A stretch of DNA of 64,000 bases from Marsupella aquatica (GCA_973895155.1 OZ316893.1:18542857-18606856), one strand, 5' to 3'. Counted from the first letter of the stretch, positions 1 to 11,666 are shown. Numbers and translations: made by a program. The notes: a model not told the origin generated them from the sequence alone.

Positions 1-134
1 GTTCGTTTAGGGTTGAGAGCTTAAGGGAGGCGAGCAGAAGGGCAGCCATGGGTCGAGGGAATTAGAAATGAGAATAGATAATCAGGGTTGCTTAAGACAC
101 CAAGAAGGTAGCAATTTCATTCTTCCAATCTCAG

Positions 135-434
135 ATGAAAGTGCATGACCCTATCATTTTGCAAGCATATAGGATTGGGCAAAAGAAGGGGGACCTTCCA
201 CGTCCAATCTTGGTGAAGTTTGCAGCTGAATCCGAGAAAGCTAGAGTGATGGCTAACAGGAGCATGCTTAAAGGGCTAAGGATTTGGTTGGATGATGATC
301 TGACTCCCACACAAGTCCAAGCAAGGAAAATTGAGCTTGAGAAGGTGAGGGTAGCCAAAGACCAAGGATTGGTAGCCTACTTGCGCAATGGACAAGCTGT
401 TGTTACCAATAAGAAGAGAGTTGTTTCTAAATGA
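135..434 (+). CDS. LINE ORF1 C-terminal part (L1/Transposase_22-like RRM-CTD), 5'-truncated
   Basis: AYRIG...PRPILVKF...IWLDDDLT pattern typical of L1-type ORF1 proteins; directly upstream of ORF2. Confidence 0.75.
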   Translation: MKVHDPIILQAYRIGQKKGDLPRPILVKFAAESEKARVMANRSMLKGLRIWLDDDLTPTQVQARKIELEKVRVAKDQGLVAYLRNGQAVVTNKKRVVSK

Positions 435-446
435 TGGATCGGGACC

Positions 447-3400
447 TTGAGAGTCATGGCATGGAATGTTTCAGGACTTTCCATAGAAACAGCAATTGGA
501 GGGGAACCTTTGTTTGAGAATTTTGACATCTTGCTTTTCACGGAGACTTGGGAATATGAGGGAAATGCTCTACCTAGCATTAAAGGCTTTACTTGCATAC
601 AATCCATCTTCAATGAGAAGAAGACCACACGGGGAAGAGGGTTTGGAGGCATTGCTGTCTACACCAAGAATCAACTTCAACACATCACCTCTATTGAGCA
701 TGAAGATCCCAGCAAGCAGTTCATGGTGGTGAGACTTCATACCAGAGGTACTCCATTATTTCTGATTGTCACCTACTTTGCTCCCCTTAATATGAATGTC
801 TATAAGATGGGAATTGCTGATGCACATTATCCATTTCATAGGTTAATCCAAGTCATTCATGATATATCACCACTAGGGGAGACATGGATAGTGGGGGACT
901 TTAATGCCAGGGTATCTAATGAACAATTTACTGAAAGTGAGGACTTAGGAACTTTACCTTGGTCATCATGTAGTGAAGAGATACCTTGGGTGAGAGAGGC
1001 TCTTGACACCAGAACAAATGACATGACACGTCACTTTTTGCATTTGGGAGCTTCTTGTAATCTAAGAATATTGAATGGGCTTGAGAGATTTCCCCAATCA
1101 TCTGGTTACACTTTTAGATCTAAACAAGGATGTAGTACCATTGATTACCTTCTTGCCTCACCTACCTCTGCCACTAGAGTGGTTGACTTTCAAATACTTG
1201 ATCAACAACCAGAGTCTTCACACTTGCCTTTGTTGTTCCATCTTGACCTGACCACAATCCCAAACAAAGTGCATAGAAAGCCAGTACCCAAACCTCTGTT
1301 TCTAGACCCTGATAGAGAAGTCATCTTCAAAGCCAACTTTGAACATCTTCTCCATACCCTGGATGATCAGATTGAGCTCTCAGAAGTCATAGCACAAGCA
1401 GCAGCCTCTACTTTCTCCACCAAACCCCCTAGAAAGCAAAACATGAAGGCTTGGTTTGACGAGGATTGTGCTAGAGCAAGGATGCAAGCAAGATCACATT
1501 CAGGGGAAAAGAGACTTTTGGCATTCACTATGTACAAGAACTTCATCAAACACAAGAAGAGGTGCTTCTTGAAGAGTCATCAACAATCACTATGTGAGGA
1601 GTTCATCAAACATCCAAAACGTTTTTGGGAGAGAATGCAATCAGGCAAGACTACTCCCCCCTTGGATCACCAGGACCTGGTAACCTATGTCACATCCTTG
1701 CATTTCTTTCCAGATGCTAGTGGCATGCCTTTGCCCCTTGGGGACACCATTCAGTTTACAGAGAGGGAGGTGAAGGTGCATCTTTCCCACATGCAACATG
1801 GGAAAGCTAAAGATCTGTTGGGCCTGAACTTGGAGCTTCTTTTGTGGGGAGGACCCTCTTTACTAACAAACTTGGTGCATGAGCTGAATCAAGCAATGGC
1901 TTTAGGTTTACCTAAAGCTTGGATGACCAGAAGAGTGGTGCCTATCTTCAAGGCAGGCAACAAGGACGATGTGCACAACTACAGAACCATCATGGTAGGC
2001 AATACTTTTGCTAAAGTTTTGGGAGGACTACTTGAAGCCAGATTAAGCTCTTGGTTGGAGAGTGAGATGAAAAGGGCACCTTCACAAGCAGGTTTTAGGA
2101 GAGAATTCAGCACTATGGATCACATTCTCTGCTTGAGGGTGTTGTGTGAAAAGGCCAAATCTCCACATAAACCATTATTTTGCTTGTTTGTGGACTTCTC
2201 CAAGGCCTTTGACAAAGTTTCCCGATCCAAGCTTTGGGATAGGATGGTGGAGTTGGAAGTGCCTGAAGAGCTCAGGTTGGCTGTTTCTAAATTGTACCAA
2301 GAAGTGCGCATCAAACTTTCAAAGGAAACCTCTGAAGAAATCTGGAGCACTCTTGGGGTGATCCAAGGTTGTCCTCTCTCACCAACTCTATTTGGCATCT
2401 TCATTGATCAGCTACACAACATTTTGGAGGAGCATGGTGGAGTTGGCACTCAATTGGGTAGGTTTGTCCTCCAACTTCTTATATTTGCAGATGATGTGGT
2501 CCTACTTGCTCATGCTCAAGAAGCTTTGCAAAGACATCTCAATGCCTTGGAGGAGTTTTGTCAAGCAACAGGGATGGTAGTCAACCTCAAGAAGACCAAA
2601 TGTTTGGGCATTGGCACACGACAAAATCCAGAGCTCTACTTCCAAGGGAATCTGGTGGAATTTGTGAGGACCTACAAATACCTTGGGGTGGAGTTCTCTC
2701 AAAACTTGAGTTGGGCCTCATGTGTAAAATCTAGGGCTGCCAATGGGTACAGAGCTTTTTATGCATTCATGAACAAATGCAAAAGAGCTGGTCTACACAC
2801 TTGGAGGTTAAGGAAACATCTCTTTGGAGCTTTGGTGAAACCAGTCATTCTTTATGGAGCACCAATTTGGGGAGCAGGTGTGTCTAAATCTGGGTGGCAA
2901 CAGATTGAGGGGCTGCAAAAGCTATTTCTTGAGATGGAGCTTGGGATCAAGTCACAAACCCCATATACACTTACACTTGCAGAGGCAGGCTTGTTTCCTT
3001 TGGAGGTGGAGGCACTCTTCCACACACTCAAATACATCATGCGTGTAAGAGAGTTGGAGGAAAACAGATTTCCTTTTCATGCCTTGCGCTCATCTTCAGC
3101 TAAAGGGTGGTATGCAGATGTGTGCAGGTGGGCCCATGCTTGGGATTTTCCTGAACATGAATGGCCAACACACCCAACCAAGCTAAGAGCAAAACTTGAG
3201 CAAAAGGCTTTGCACAAACTTTGGCATGAACCTAGCCCACGGCAGCAATACTACATGAGAGATGTGAACCCCATGAAGAAATATCGAGAACAAGAATACT
3301 TATCTAGCACTATCTCAGTACAACTTAGACAACTTATTGCTCAGTATAGACTAAGCTCACACCACCTTGAAGTAGAACAAGGGAGATGGAAGGATATTGA

Positions 3401-3650
3401 CAGGAAAAAGAGGGTTTGTCAACTATGTGATAGCTCTAGTATAGAGAATGAATATCATGTATTCATTGCTTGCAAGTTTTATGAGGGGGTTAGGATGGCA
3501 TCTCAAATCTTGGTGAAAGATTTGTATGCATTGTTTGGTCTGCCCCCTCAGCAACTTGGAAGATATATCTTTGCGGTGGATAGGGAAAGGAGAATAGGTT
3601 TGGAAAATCTTTCAGGGCTCTCTAGGTCCATAGTTTCTTTGAGGACATAG
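447..3650 (+). CDS. LINE ORF2: APE endonuclease + reverse transcriptase + C-terminal CCHC zinc finger
   Basis: EN motifs AWNVSG, TETW, GDFNAR, IDY, SSHLP; RT motifs QAGFR, FVDFSKAFD, QGCPLSPTLF, FADD, YKYLG; finger CQLC-x8-H-x4-C. The first in-frame ATG is at 456. Confidence 0.95.
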   Translation: MRVMAWNVSGLSIETAIGGEPLFENFDILLFTETWEYEGNALPSIKGFTCIQSIFNEKKTTRGRGFGGIAVYTKNQLQHITSIEHEDPSKQFMVVRLHTRGTPLFLIVTYFAPLNMNVYKMGIADAHYPFHRLIQVIHDISPLGETWIVGDFNARVSNEQFTESEDLGTLPWSSCSEEIPWVREALDTRTNDMTRHFLHLGASCNLRILNGLERFPQSSGYTFRSKQGCSTIDYLLASPTSATRVVDFQILDQQPESSHLPLLFHLDLTTIPNKVHRKPVPKPLFLDPDREVIFKANFEHLLHTLDDQIELSEVIAQAAASTFSTKPPRKQNMKAWFDEDCARARMQARSHSGEKRLLAFTMYKNFIKHKKRCFLKSHQQSLCEEFIKHPKRFWERMQSGKTTPPLDHQDLVTYVTSLHFFPDASGMPLPLGDTIQFTEREVKVHLSHMQHGKAKDLLGLNLELLLWGGPSLLTNLVHELNQAMALGLPKAWMTRRVVPIFKAGNKDDVHNYRTIMVGNTFAKVLGGLLEARLSSWLESEMKRAPSQAGFRREFSTMDHILCLRVLCEKAKSPHKPLFCLFVDFSKAFDKVSRSKLWDRMVELEVPEELRLAVSKLYQEVRIKLSKETSEEIWSTLGVIQGCPLSPTLFGIFIDQLHNILEEHGGVGTQLGRFVLQLLIFADDVVLLAHAQEALQRHLNALEEFCQATGMVVNLKKTKCLGIGTRQNPELYFQGNLVEFVRTYKYLGVEFSQNLSWASCVKSRAANGYRAFYAFMNKCKRAGLHTWRLRKHLFGALVKPVILYGAPIWGAGVSKSGWQQIEGLQKLFLEMELGIKSQTPYTLTLAEAGLFPLEVEALFHTLKYIMRVRELEENRFPFHALRSSSAKGWYADVCRWAHAWDFPEHEWPTHPTKLRAKLEQKALHKLWHEPSPRQQYYMRDVNPMKKYREQEYLSSTISVQLRQLIAQYRLSSHHLEVEQGRWKDIDRKKRVCQLCDSSSIENEYHVFIACKFYEGVRMASQILVKDLYALFGLPPQQLGRYIFAVDRERRIGLENLSGLSRSIVSLRT

Positions 3651-5387
3651 TTGTCCTCTTCTGAGCAATCTCTTTTGGTTGCTCTTTTCTTTGATTGCAT
3701 TGTACTTTACTTTTTGTGGCAGCTCCTTTGACTTTCATGGTCCCGGAGCTTATAATACATTACCATTACCATTGATTGACTGATTGAGGGTGAGCTAGGT
3801 TTCTTAATCTCTTGAGGGGCAGTTTGACAGTGGCAACTCAAGGAGCTAAGAGGCTGATCAACTGTGAATGGTTGGAAACAACTGACTTGTTGTGACCAAA
3901 CATTCGAGGGAGGAGGGAGTGAAACCATAGTTTGAGGGTTATCGGCTTGTGCATGGATTCAGACACGAATCCTACTATAGAGAGTTTTTCTGAAGCTTTC
4001 AGAAAAGAGGAGACTATGGAAGCCATGGATGTTAGGAAGATGCATTGGGCACGAGGGTGTAGTGAGTGCGAGGTCGAGTTAGATAGAATTAAGAGTCCTG
4101 TGAGAGCATTATTAGATTCAGGTTCTGAAGTGAATATTATTTTGATGCACATTTACGAGGGACAGTGGGCAATAGACCGACATAGTGGATGGGGAGTTAG
4201 ATCTGTTAGTGCAAACAAGAACAGTTTTTTGGGAGCTTGTCCCAGAGTTAAGCTCCAAATTGGGGACATTGTGGAACCAATGAATGTTTTTGTTCATGAG
4301 AGTCTTCCCATGCAGATGATTTTAGGGCAGCCATTTATCACTAAGATGAGGATGGCGACACAGGTATTAGATGATAGGACGCATGTGGCCTTGATCCGGA
4401 GTAGAGATGGATCTAAGATGATTCAGTTCCCAATAGTACAAGCCGCCCATCCTAGAAATCGTATAGAGATACGGGAAGGGAAGAAGAACGAAGGGAAATT
4501 TGAGGATTTTGACTAAGCGCCTTGGATAGGGAGACGACTGAACAAGGTGCCATGGCAGGGAAATCGTCCACATTAGGGGAGTTAGAAAGAGTTTTAGTTT
4601 CGTCCTTTGTTGGATTTGGATTTGGAAGAGTTTATAGTCCACGTTAAGAGAGAGAAATGTTGTAGAAGAATTGTGCGTGGGTTGTGTAGAGAGGAAGCCA
4701 AGTTACATAAGGGATTAGGGATAGGACCAAATGAGTGTTTAGAGGGCTATATAGATGAGTTTGGGATAGGGGAGACAGTTGAGCGAACCTTAGGACTGAT
4801 GGGGAGAGGAGTGAGTGAGATTGAAATTGGGAAGGATTTGTATGGAGTGATTAGCAGTTTGGTGGGGAGTCAAATTAATGTGGATACAAAGTATAAGATA
4901 GTTGACAAGAAGGTGAGACCCGCAACTGTACCTTTGCCCTTAGATGCTTGAGGGTTTATAGAGAAAGCTAGAGAAGAACCTAGCTTGAGAGACCCAGATG
5001 GGATTGGGCATGTGTTCACGGAGGAGACTCTTGCTCAGATTAGGATAGGAGATGATGGGTTACTTTGGGACGTAGAAAAAGAGATTGGTGAACATGGAAA
5101 AGCTTTTTCCTTTAATTTACATGAGATTGGTTGTGTTAACCCGAGAGAGGTGACCCCGGTGATTATTTTTATAGTACCACATATTCCATGGGATTTGAGA
5201 CCACTTCCGTTTCCTCAAGCCCTAATGCCAAAGCTCATGGAATTACTTAAAGAGAAGTTGAAGGCCAAGATTCTTGAGCGATCTGAAGCCTCATACTTGA
5301 ATCGGTGGTTTACTATTAAAAAGAAAAATGTGAAATTGCGTTTCATCCAAGATATGCAACCACCTAATAGGGTTACAATTAGGAATG

Positions 5388-5522
5388 TGTTATACCCTAA
5401 CTAGGATTAGATATCTTAACCCGAGTTAAGATCTAACCAAGATCTAACTCAACTACCTCATGTATATATATTGGACACATGAATAAGATTCATTACATTG
5501 TTGGAGTATATGGTTTGTAACA
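5388..5522 (+). repeat. Copia 5' LTR (135 bp)
   Basis: TGTTATACCC...TTTGTAACA; no mismatch to 11667-11801 found by eye. Confidence 0.95.
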
Positions 5523-5535
5523 CGTTATCAGCACG
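5523..5535 (+). promoter_or_regulatory. Primer-binding site of the Copia element (non-standard, Bianca-type)
   Basis: CGTTATCAGCACG directly follows the 5' LTR, instead of the common TGGTATCAGAGC. Confidence 0.7.
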
Positions 5536-6687
5536 AATGCAAATTTTTTTCTCCACGAAGAGGTGCTAAACCATAAGGGGAGATCCGAAGAGTTTTTCCC
5601 AAAAGATGAGCACTTTTGGCCACATTTGAGGGCCATTTCTCGATAGAAACCTCGAGTGGAATGATATGGGCCTCTGTTCGTCTATGGCTTGAGAACGATA
5701 GACCACCATCAAGAGATCTCGTGAGCCAGCCAGCAATAGGCAAACAGTAGGACCATAGAGACAGAACGAAAACAGAAACACGAAGGGCCAGCCGCAATCT
5801 AATCCGAAGGAATTGAAACGAAAGGAAATCGGCAGAAGAGTAGAACTTCTTGAAACCCACAGCAACTCAAGACAAATCCCGCAGACGACGCATAGCACAC
5901 ACGAAGGAACGATAGCGCCAACTCAACACGAAGACCAAGCCCCGGACAAAGCCACGAGGCGCCGTTCCGCAGATAGCACCACACAATCCAGACACAACTC
6001 AGACACAATTTGACGCTCGCCGCATGTAGCCACTGAATTCACAATTCGACGCTTCGCCGCCTGTAGCCACTGACTCCCGGACCCACACTTGAGACAGCGC
6101 AGCGTTGAAACAAGACGAAACGAAACAGAAGATCGATAAGGACTTCATCGGCACACCATCCCTCACCGAATTGAAACCACCCGTATAGGGACCCTGACTG
6201 AAGTCAAAGCGGATCGATCCCACACAAGAAGAGCAGAATAAAGAAATACACAGAAATTGCAGAGAAGACTCCGAGAGATAAAACGCGAACATAGAAGAGT
6301 CCCAGGCAAATTAACACACTGAAGAGAGCCGAAGGAATTGGGTTCAAGAAAAAAAAAAAGCAGCACCATCCACAGAGAACGAAAGAAGACCTGAGCAATA
6401 GAGCACCGCAGGACTGAGAGAGAAAGACCAAGCACACCATAGCGAAGAGAGCAAACGCGAGCCCTAGACCGAAAACGTACAAGCAAGGGCAGCGACCCCC
6501 AATTCTCCTTTCCACCCACCTAAGAAGGAAGAATCAAATCATACCGGGACCAAACCTGAAGAATAGTGAATACCAAAAGAAAGGAGCAAGCGAAGCTGAT
6601 CCACCACAAAATAAAAGCTAAGTGCAAAACTCCATTGAACCCTCCTTAATTGCATACATTTACAAGGTGAACCCATATTAGCCCAAG

Positions 6688-7966
6688 ATGGCAATGGAGA
6701 AACTATTATTCCCAGCACTAAGAATTGACGGGAAGAACTATAATGATTGGACAATAGACGTGGAGGTTAACCTCACCGCAAAAAGAATCCCAGAAACAAT
6801 ACATACCGACATTGGGGTGGACCAATACCAGAAGGCCCAAGCATTAGTCCTACTAAGACACCACTTAATAGAACCATTAAAACATCAATATAAGACGATA
6901 TACAACGTACCCAAGGCTCCTATGGGATGCATTGAAAGAGAGATTTGAACACATAACAACTATAAACTTACCAAATGCGCTACAAGCATGGGTAACCTTA
7001 AGAGTGCAAGATTTCAAAATGGTAGACTTATACAACAGCGAGATGTTCCGCATCTCGAACGAACTCCAAATGTGCAGTGAACCAGTGAATGATAAACAAC
7101 AAATCGAAAAGACACTAGCAACATTTCACCCTACAAACTTAGTAATCTCAAACCAGTATAGAAACATGGCATTCACTAAATACTCAGCACTAATAGCACA
7201 CATGCTCTTGGCAGAACAAAACTCAATCCTACTCATGACAAATGCAAAGGATAGACCCCCGGGTACACTCCCAATACCTGCCACCACTGAGACGAACTTA
7301 ATTATAAACGAGAAACTGAGAGAAGCTAACTTGACCACACCTTATGATAGAAATACAAGTAAATTCAGGGGGAGAGGCTCATATAGGGGAAGAGGAATGA
7401 AGGGAGGACGATCGAACTACTCCTACAGAGGAGGACCCAGAGGAGGATTCAGCAACCGCGGAAGGGGCCGTGGAAGAAACAATTTCCCCGGAAGGACCAC
7501 ATGGAAACGAGGCCGCAACGACTACCAAGAGAAGCCAAGAAACAACTCAAACAGCTCAATCACATGCTTCAGGTGCGGTACAAAAGGTCACACCAAAAAG
7601 GTATGCCATGCCCCAGCCCATCTTGTGAAACTCTACAAACAAAGTTTAGATGGATCAAAACTTGAAACCCATGGAGTTTACCTGGAATCACCTGAGATTA
7701 TACCAGAAATTTATATGGTAGACCCCCCACCTGAGCTAGAGGATATAGATGTATGCATTATAGACAGCGGTACATCACACACCATCCTTCGAAATAGAAA
7801 ATATTTCCATGAAATTATCCCTTCCCAAAGACAAATAATCACTATAACCGGAGAAAGCCAAATAGAAGAAGGTCACGGAAGAGCCACCTTAACTCTCCCT
7901 GGAGGCACAATAATTAGATGCCCATCAGCCATATATATGCCCCCAAAGCAAGAAGGAACCTTCTGA
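6688..7966 (+). CDS. Copia gag + aspartic protease (frameshift near 6920)
   Basis: GKNYNDW...LLRHHL, RGG-rich tract, zinc knuckle CFRCGTKGHTKKVC, protease IIDSGTSHTI; split over ORFs 6688-6948 and 6932-7966. Confidence 0.85.
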
Positions 7967-10900
7967 GTTTCCAAGATATTAGAGCCAACAACTACCATAT
8001 CCAAACAAACATCCAAAACTTACAAGAAGTACTGCAAATAACATCACACTCACCAGGAGGGATAATCATTAGAGAAACCATCTCGACCCACCCTTCAGGG
8101 TTCTACATCACCCAAAACCAATGTTATAACCTAGGGGTCGAATCCAAAGATATCACCGAGACATGGCACATGAGATTGGGACACCCAGGAACCAGCATGT
8201 TCCATAGGATAGTCAACAACTCAACAGGAATACCAAAGACCTGTCACCCAAGGTCATTCCAAAAACCATGCATTGCCTGCTCCCAGGGCAAGATGATTAC
8301 CGCCCCCTCCATCCCCAAAACCGAAAACCATATCCCCGCATTCCTTGAGAGACTCCATGCGGACGTATGTGGACCAATCGACCCACCAAGTGGACCATTT
8401 CGATACTTCTTGGTAGTGATAGACGCCAGTTCTAAGTGGTCCAGAGTATCCTTATTATCAACCCGCAACCTAGTCTTCCCCAGAATCCTTACACACATCT
8501 TAAGACTAAGGTCACAATTCCCTGAAAATCCAATTAGAACCCTTAGAACTGATGGAGCTGGTGAATTCACTTCTAGAACCTTTGATGACTTCTGCACAAT
8601 AAATGGAATTGACTCCCAACATAATGTACCCCATGTCCACTTCCAGAATGGACTAGCGGAGTCACTTATTAAACGTATACAACAGATTGCTAGACCACTA
8701 TTAATGCAATCATCACTCCCAACATCAGCATGGGGCCATGCAGTATTACATGCTGCAACCCTACTCCTTTATAGACCATCAGCCTTTAACAGCAACACAC
8801 CTTATCACCTAGCTTTCGGGCAACCACCAAATATCTCACACCTAAGAATATTTGGATGCCAAGTCCTCATCCCCATACTAGGTCCTCATAGAACCAAAAT
8901 GGGACCACAACGGAGGAAAGGCATCTATGTAGGATTTGACTCAACATCTATCATACGATACATGGAACCTACAACCACTGACATATTCAAAGCCCGTTTC
9001 AGCGATTGCCATTTCTATGAAAACATTTTCCCAACCATTAACACGCAAGAGGGAAAACATAAGTCATACACCAAAACACTCACATGGCAAGCTTCCCCGG
9101 CACTTTGCCCAGATCCTCGAACTAACCAAACTGAACTAGAAGTCAATAGGATACTTCAATTAACCAAGATCATGGAGTCCTTACCCGACTCATTTGCTGA
9201 TGCTACACATGTAACTAAATTCCATATACCAGCGGCTAATACACCATCCCGCATACAAGATCAGAGACTATCCTCTAACACACTCCCACAACTCAAAAGA
9301 GGGAGACCACTAGGAGCAGTCGACAAACAACCTAGAAACAAGCGTAGACCTCCTACACCAACCAACCATACGAGACCACCATCCCAACCAGAGATAGCCA
9401 TTAACTACAACTCCACTGGTAACATACTAGATAGAATGATGATCAACCTTGATCTCATATTTGCCTCTCATGTAGCAAATGATATTAACAACCTACCAGA
9501 TCCCAAATCAGTGACCGAAGCACAAAAACAAATAGATTGGAGCAAATGGCAAGAGGCCATGAACTCCGAATTAGACTCCTTGATATCTAGAAAAGTCTTT
9601 GGACCTATAACCGTAGCTTCCCCAGACCAACACCTCATGGGATATAGGATGACATTTGTTAAAAAGCGAAACTCACAAGGAGAAATACTAAGATATAAAG
9701 CTAGGCTGGTTGCTAAAGGCTACACACAAGTTTATAGAACTGACTATGCCCTGACATACTCACCTGTCATGGACGTCACCACATACCGCTATTTGATAGC
9801 ATTTGCTATACACAACAAACTGCTAATGCAACAAATGGATGTTGTTACCGCTTACCTTTATGGTAAACTGGACAACGTGATTTATATGGAAGCCCCGCCT
9901 GAACTCATTGAGAGAGTAAACTTCCATGCAAATTCAAAACATAATCCACATATGCACAATGATAATAGTGCAAAATCATTTGACTATATGAACAAATTGG
10001 TACTCCACAATGCTTCTAAAGCAATTGCATTACAAGAACCTAGAAAGGATCATAAGGCAACCGGAGCAAAAACCCGGTATGCAGTTCAAGTCCTTAGTTC
10101 CCTTTACGGACTCAAACAGAGTGGACGTACATGGTACCACAGATTCAAAAATCAAATGATATCCATGGGATATAAGAATTCTGAAATAGCTCCTTGCTTA
10201 TTTATAAAGCATGAAGGACCTGAATTCATAATCATCGCTATATATGTTGATGACCTCAACCTCCTTGGTACAAAAAAGATGATGAATGAGTCAATGCAAA
10301 CACTAAAAAGCGTATTTGAAATGAGAGACATGGGCAGAATTTCTTATTGCATTGGACTCCAATTTGAACATTTGGAAAAAGGCATTCTTTTACACCAAAC
10401 TACTTACACAAAGAAAATATTACAACAATTCAGAATGAATATGTATAAGCCTGTTAAATCCCCCATGGACATCCGTACCCTTGATAAGGATAAGGATATG
10501 TTTAGAAAAAGAGAAGAATTTGAACCTATATTAGGTTCAGATATGCCATACCTTTCGGCTATCGGTGCTCTTATGTTTTTATCTAATCAAACAAGACCAG
10601 ACATAGCATTTTCTGTCAACCTACTGGCGAGACATAGTTCTCAACCCACTATAAGACATTGGAACGGGCTAAAACGGATTTTCAGATACCTTAATGGTAC
10701 ATCCGACCTCGGCCTATATTTTCCTAATGAGGATAACCATAAGTTGAAAGGATATGTTGACGCCGGATACCTTTCTGATCCACATGACGGTAGATCTCAA
10801 ACAGGATATATATTCTTAATGGGATCAACACCAATATCTTGGAGAAGTACTAAGCAAACACTTGCAACCACTTCTTCAAACCATTCAGAAATTATTGCCC

Positions 10901-11298
10901 TTTATGAGGCTACTAGAGAATGTTTATGGCTAAGGCAAGTAATAGACCATATTCTTATTCAAACAGGTAAACAAAACTTAACCATGCCTACAACTATATT
11001 TGAAGACAATATGTCATGCATCACTCAAATCAAATCAGGATTTATAAAAGGTGAACGCACAAAACATATTGCACCCAAGTTCTTTTTCTCACATGAACAA
11101 CAAGGAAAAGACATCGACATACAATGGATTTCAGGAGACAAGAACCTGGCCGACATCCTAACAAAATCTCTACCCCCATCTACTCATAGAACACTAACTC
11201 ACCTCTTGGGGATGCGAAGTCTTAAGAAACTGATGCAGGATTCTAACATTGAGGGGGAGAATGGATTTTTCTACAACAACACTATTGAAGAAGAATGA
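7918..11298 (+). CDS. Copia pol: GAG-pre-integrase, integrase, RT, RNase H
   Basis: WHMRLGHP, CIAC, HADVCGP, RTDGAGEF, QNGLAES, YKARLVAKG, LYGLKQSGR, YVDD, YVDAGY, NLADILTK. Confidence 0.95.
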   Translation: MPISHIYAPKARRNLLSFQDIRANNYHIQTNIQNLQEVLQITSHSPGGIIIRETISTHPSGFYITQNQCYNLGVESKDITETWHMRLGHPGTSMFHRIVNNSTGIPKTCHPRSFQKPCIACSQGKMITAPSIPKTENHIPAFLERLHADVCGPIDPPSGPFRYFLVVIDASSKWSRVSLLSTRNLVFPRILTHILRLRSQFPENPIRTLRTDGAGEFTSRTFDDFCTINGIDSQHNVPHVHFQNGLAESLIKRIQQIARPLLMQSSLPTSAWGHAVLHAATLLLYRPSAFNSNTPYHLAFGQPPNISHLRIFGCQVLIPILGPHRTKMGPQRRKGIYVGFDSTSIIRYMEPTTTDIFKARFSDCHFYENIFPTINTQEGKHKSYTKTLTWQASPALCPDPRTNQTELEVNRILQLTKIMESLPDSFADATHVTKFHIPAANTPSRIQDQRLSSNTLPQLKRGRPLGAVDKQPRNKRRPPTPTNHTRPPSQPEIAINYNSTGNILDRMMINLDLIFASHVANDINNLPDPKSVTEAQKQIDWSKWQEAMNSELDSLISRKVFGPITVASPDQHLMGYRMTFVKKRNSQGEILRYKARLVAKGYTQVYRTDYALTYSPVMDVTTYRYLIAFAIHNKLLMQQMDVVTAYLYGKLDNVIYMEAPPELIERVNFHANSKHNPHMHNDNSAKSFDYMNKLVLHNASKAIALQEPRKDHKATGAKTRYAVQVLSSLYGLKQSGRTWYHRFKNQMISMGYKNSEIAPCLFIKHEGPEFIIIAIYVDDLNLLGTKKMMNESMQTLKSVFEMRDMGRISYCIGLQFEHLEKGILLHQTTYTKKILQQFRMNMYKPVKSPMDIRTLDKDKDMFRKREEFEPILGSDMPYLSAIGALMFLSNQTRPDIAFSVNLLARHSSQPTIRHWNGLKRIFRYLNGTSDLGLYFPNEDNHKLKGYVDAGYLSDPHDGRSQTGYIFLMGSTPISWRSTKQTLATTSSNHSEIIALYEATRECLWLRQVIDHILIQTGKQNLTMPTTIFEDNMSCITQIKSGFIKGERTKHIAPKFFFSHEQQGKDIDIQWISGDKNLADILTKSLPPSTHRTLTHLLGMRSLKKLMQDSNIEGENGFFYNNTIEEE

Positions 11299-11666
11299 CT
11301 ACTTACTATGAAGAAGCAAACCATCAATACTACCACAAAGGAGATCAAGACATCCTCAAGAACACCAATAACTCAAATACAGTACAATGAAGACAATGGA
11401 GACAACAACCTCCATGGAGCCTAACAACATAGAAAACACAAATAAAACCAATATTGTACTCTAGACCTAACATACATACAAAATAGATCATACAAAAGAG
11501 ATGGAAGGTGGCAATACTCTTTCCTTCCATGATGTTAGTAGGGAAGGTTTTAATGAGACTGCACCTCCATCATCTCACAATATAACATAGGTAGAAGATA
11601 TCTAACTGATAGCAACTTAGATTGGTCGTTATAATTTCATCAAAAACTATAACACCCAAGGGGGAG

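Larger units (their letters stand above)
96..3772 (+). mobile_element. 5'-truncated non-LTR retrotransposon (RTEX-like LINE) with intact ORF2 and (CATTAC)n tail
   Basis: ORF1 3' remnant, then a 1067-aa ORF2, a short 3' UTR and the tail TATAATACATTACCATTACCATT at about 3751-3773. The ORF1 frame is closed by stops upstream of about 96. Clade assignment is inferred from the L1-type ORF1, C-terminal CCHC finger and microsatellite tail. Confidence 0.9.
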
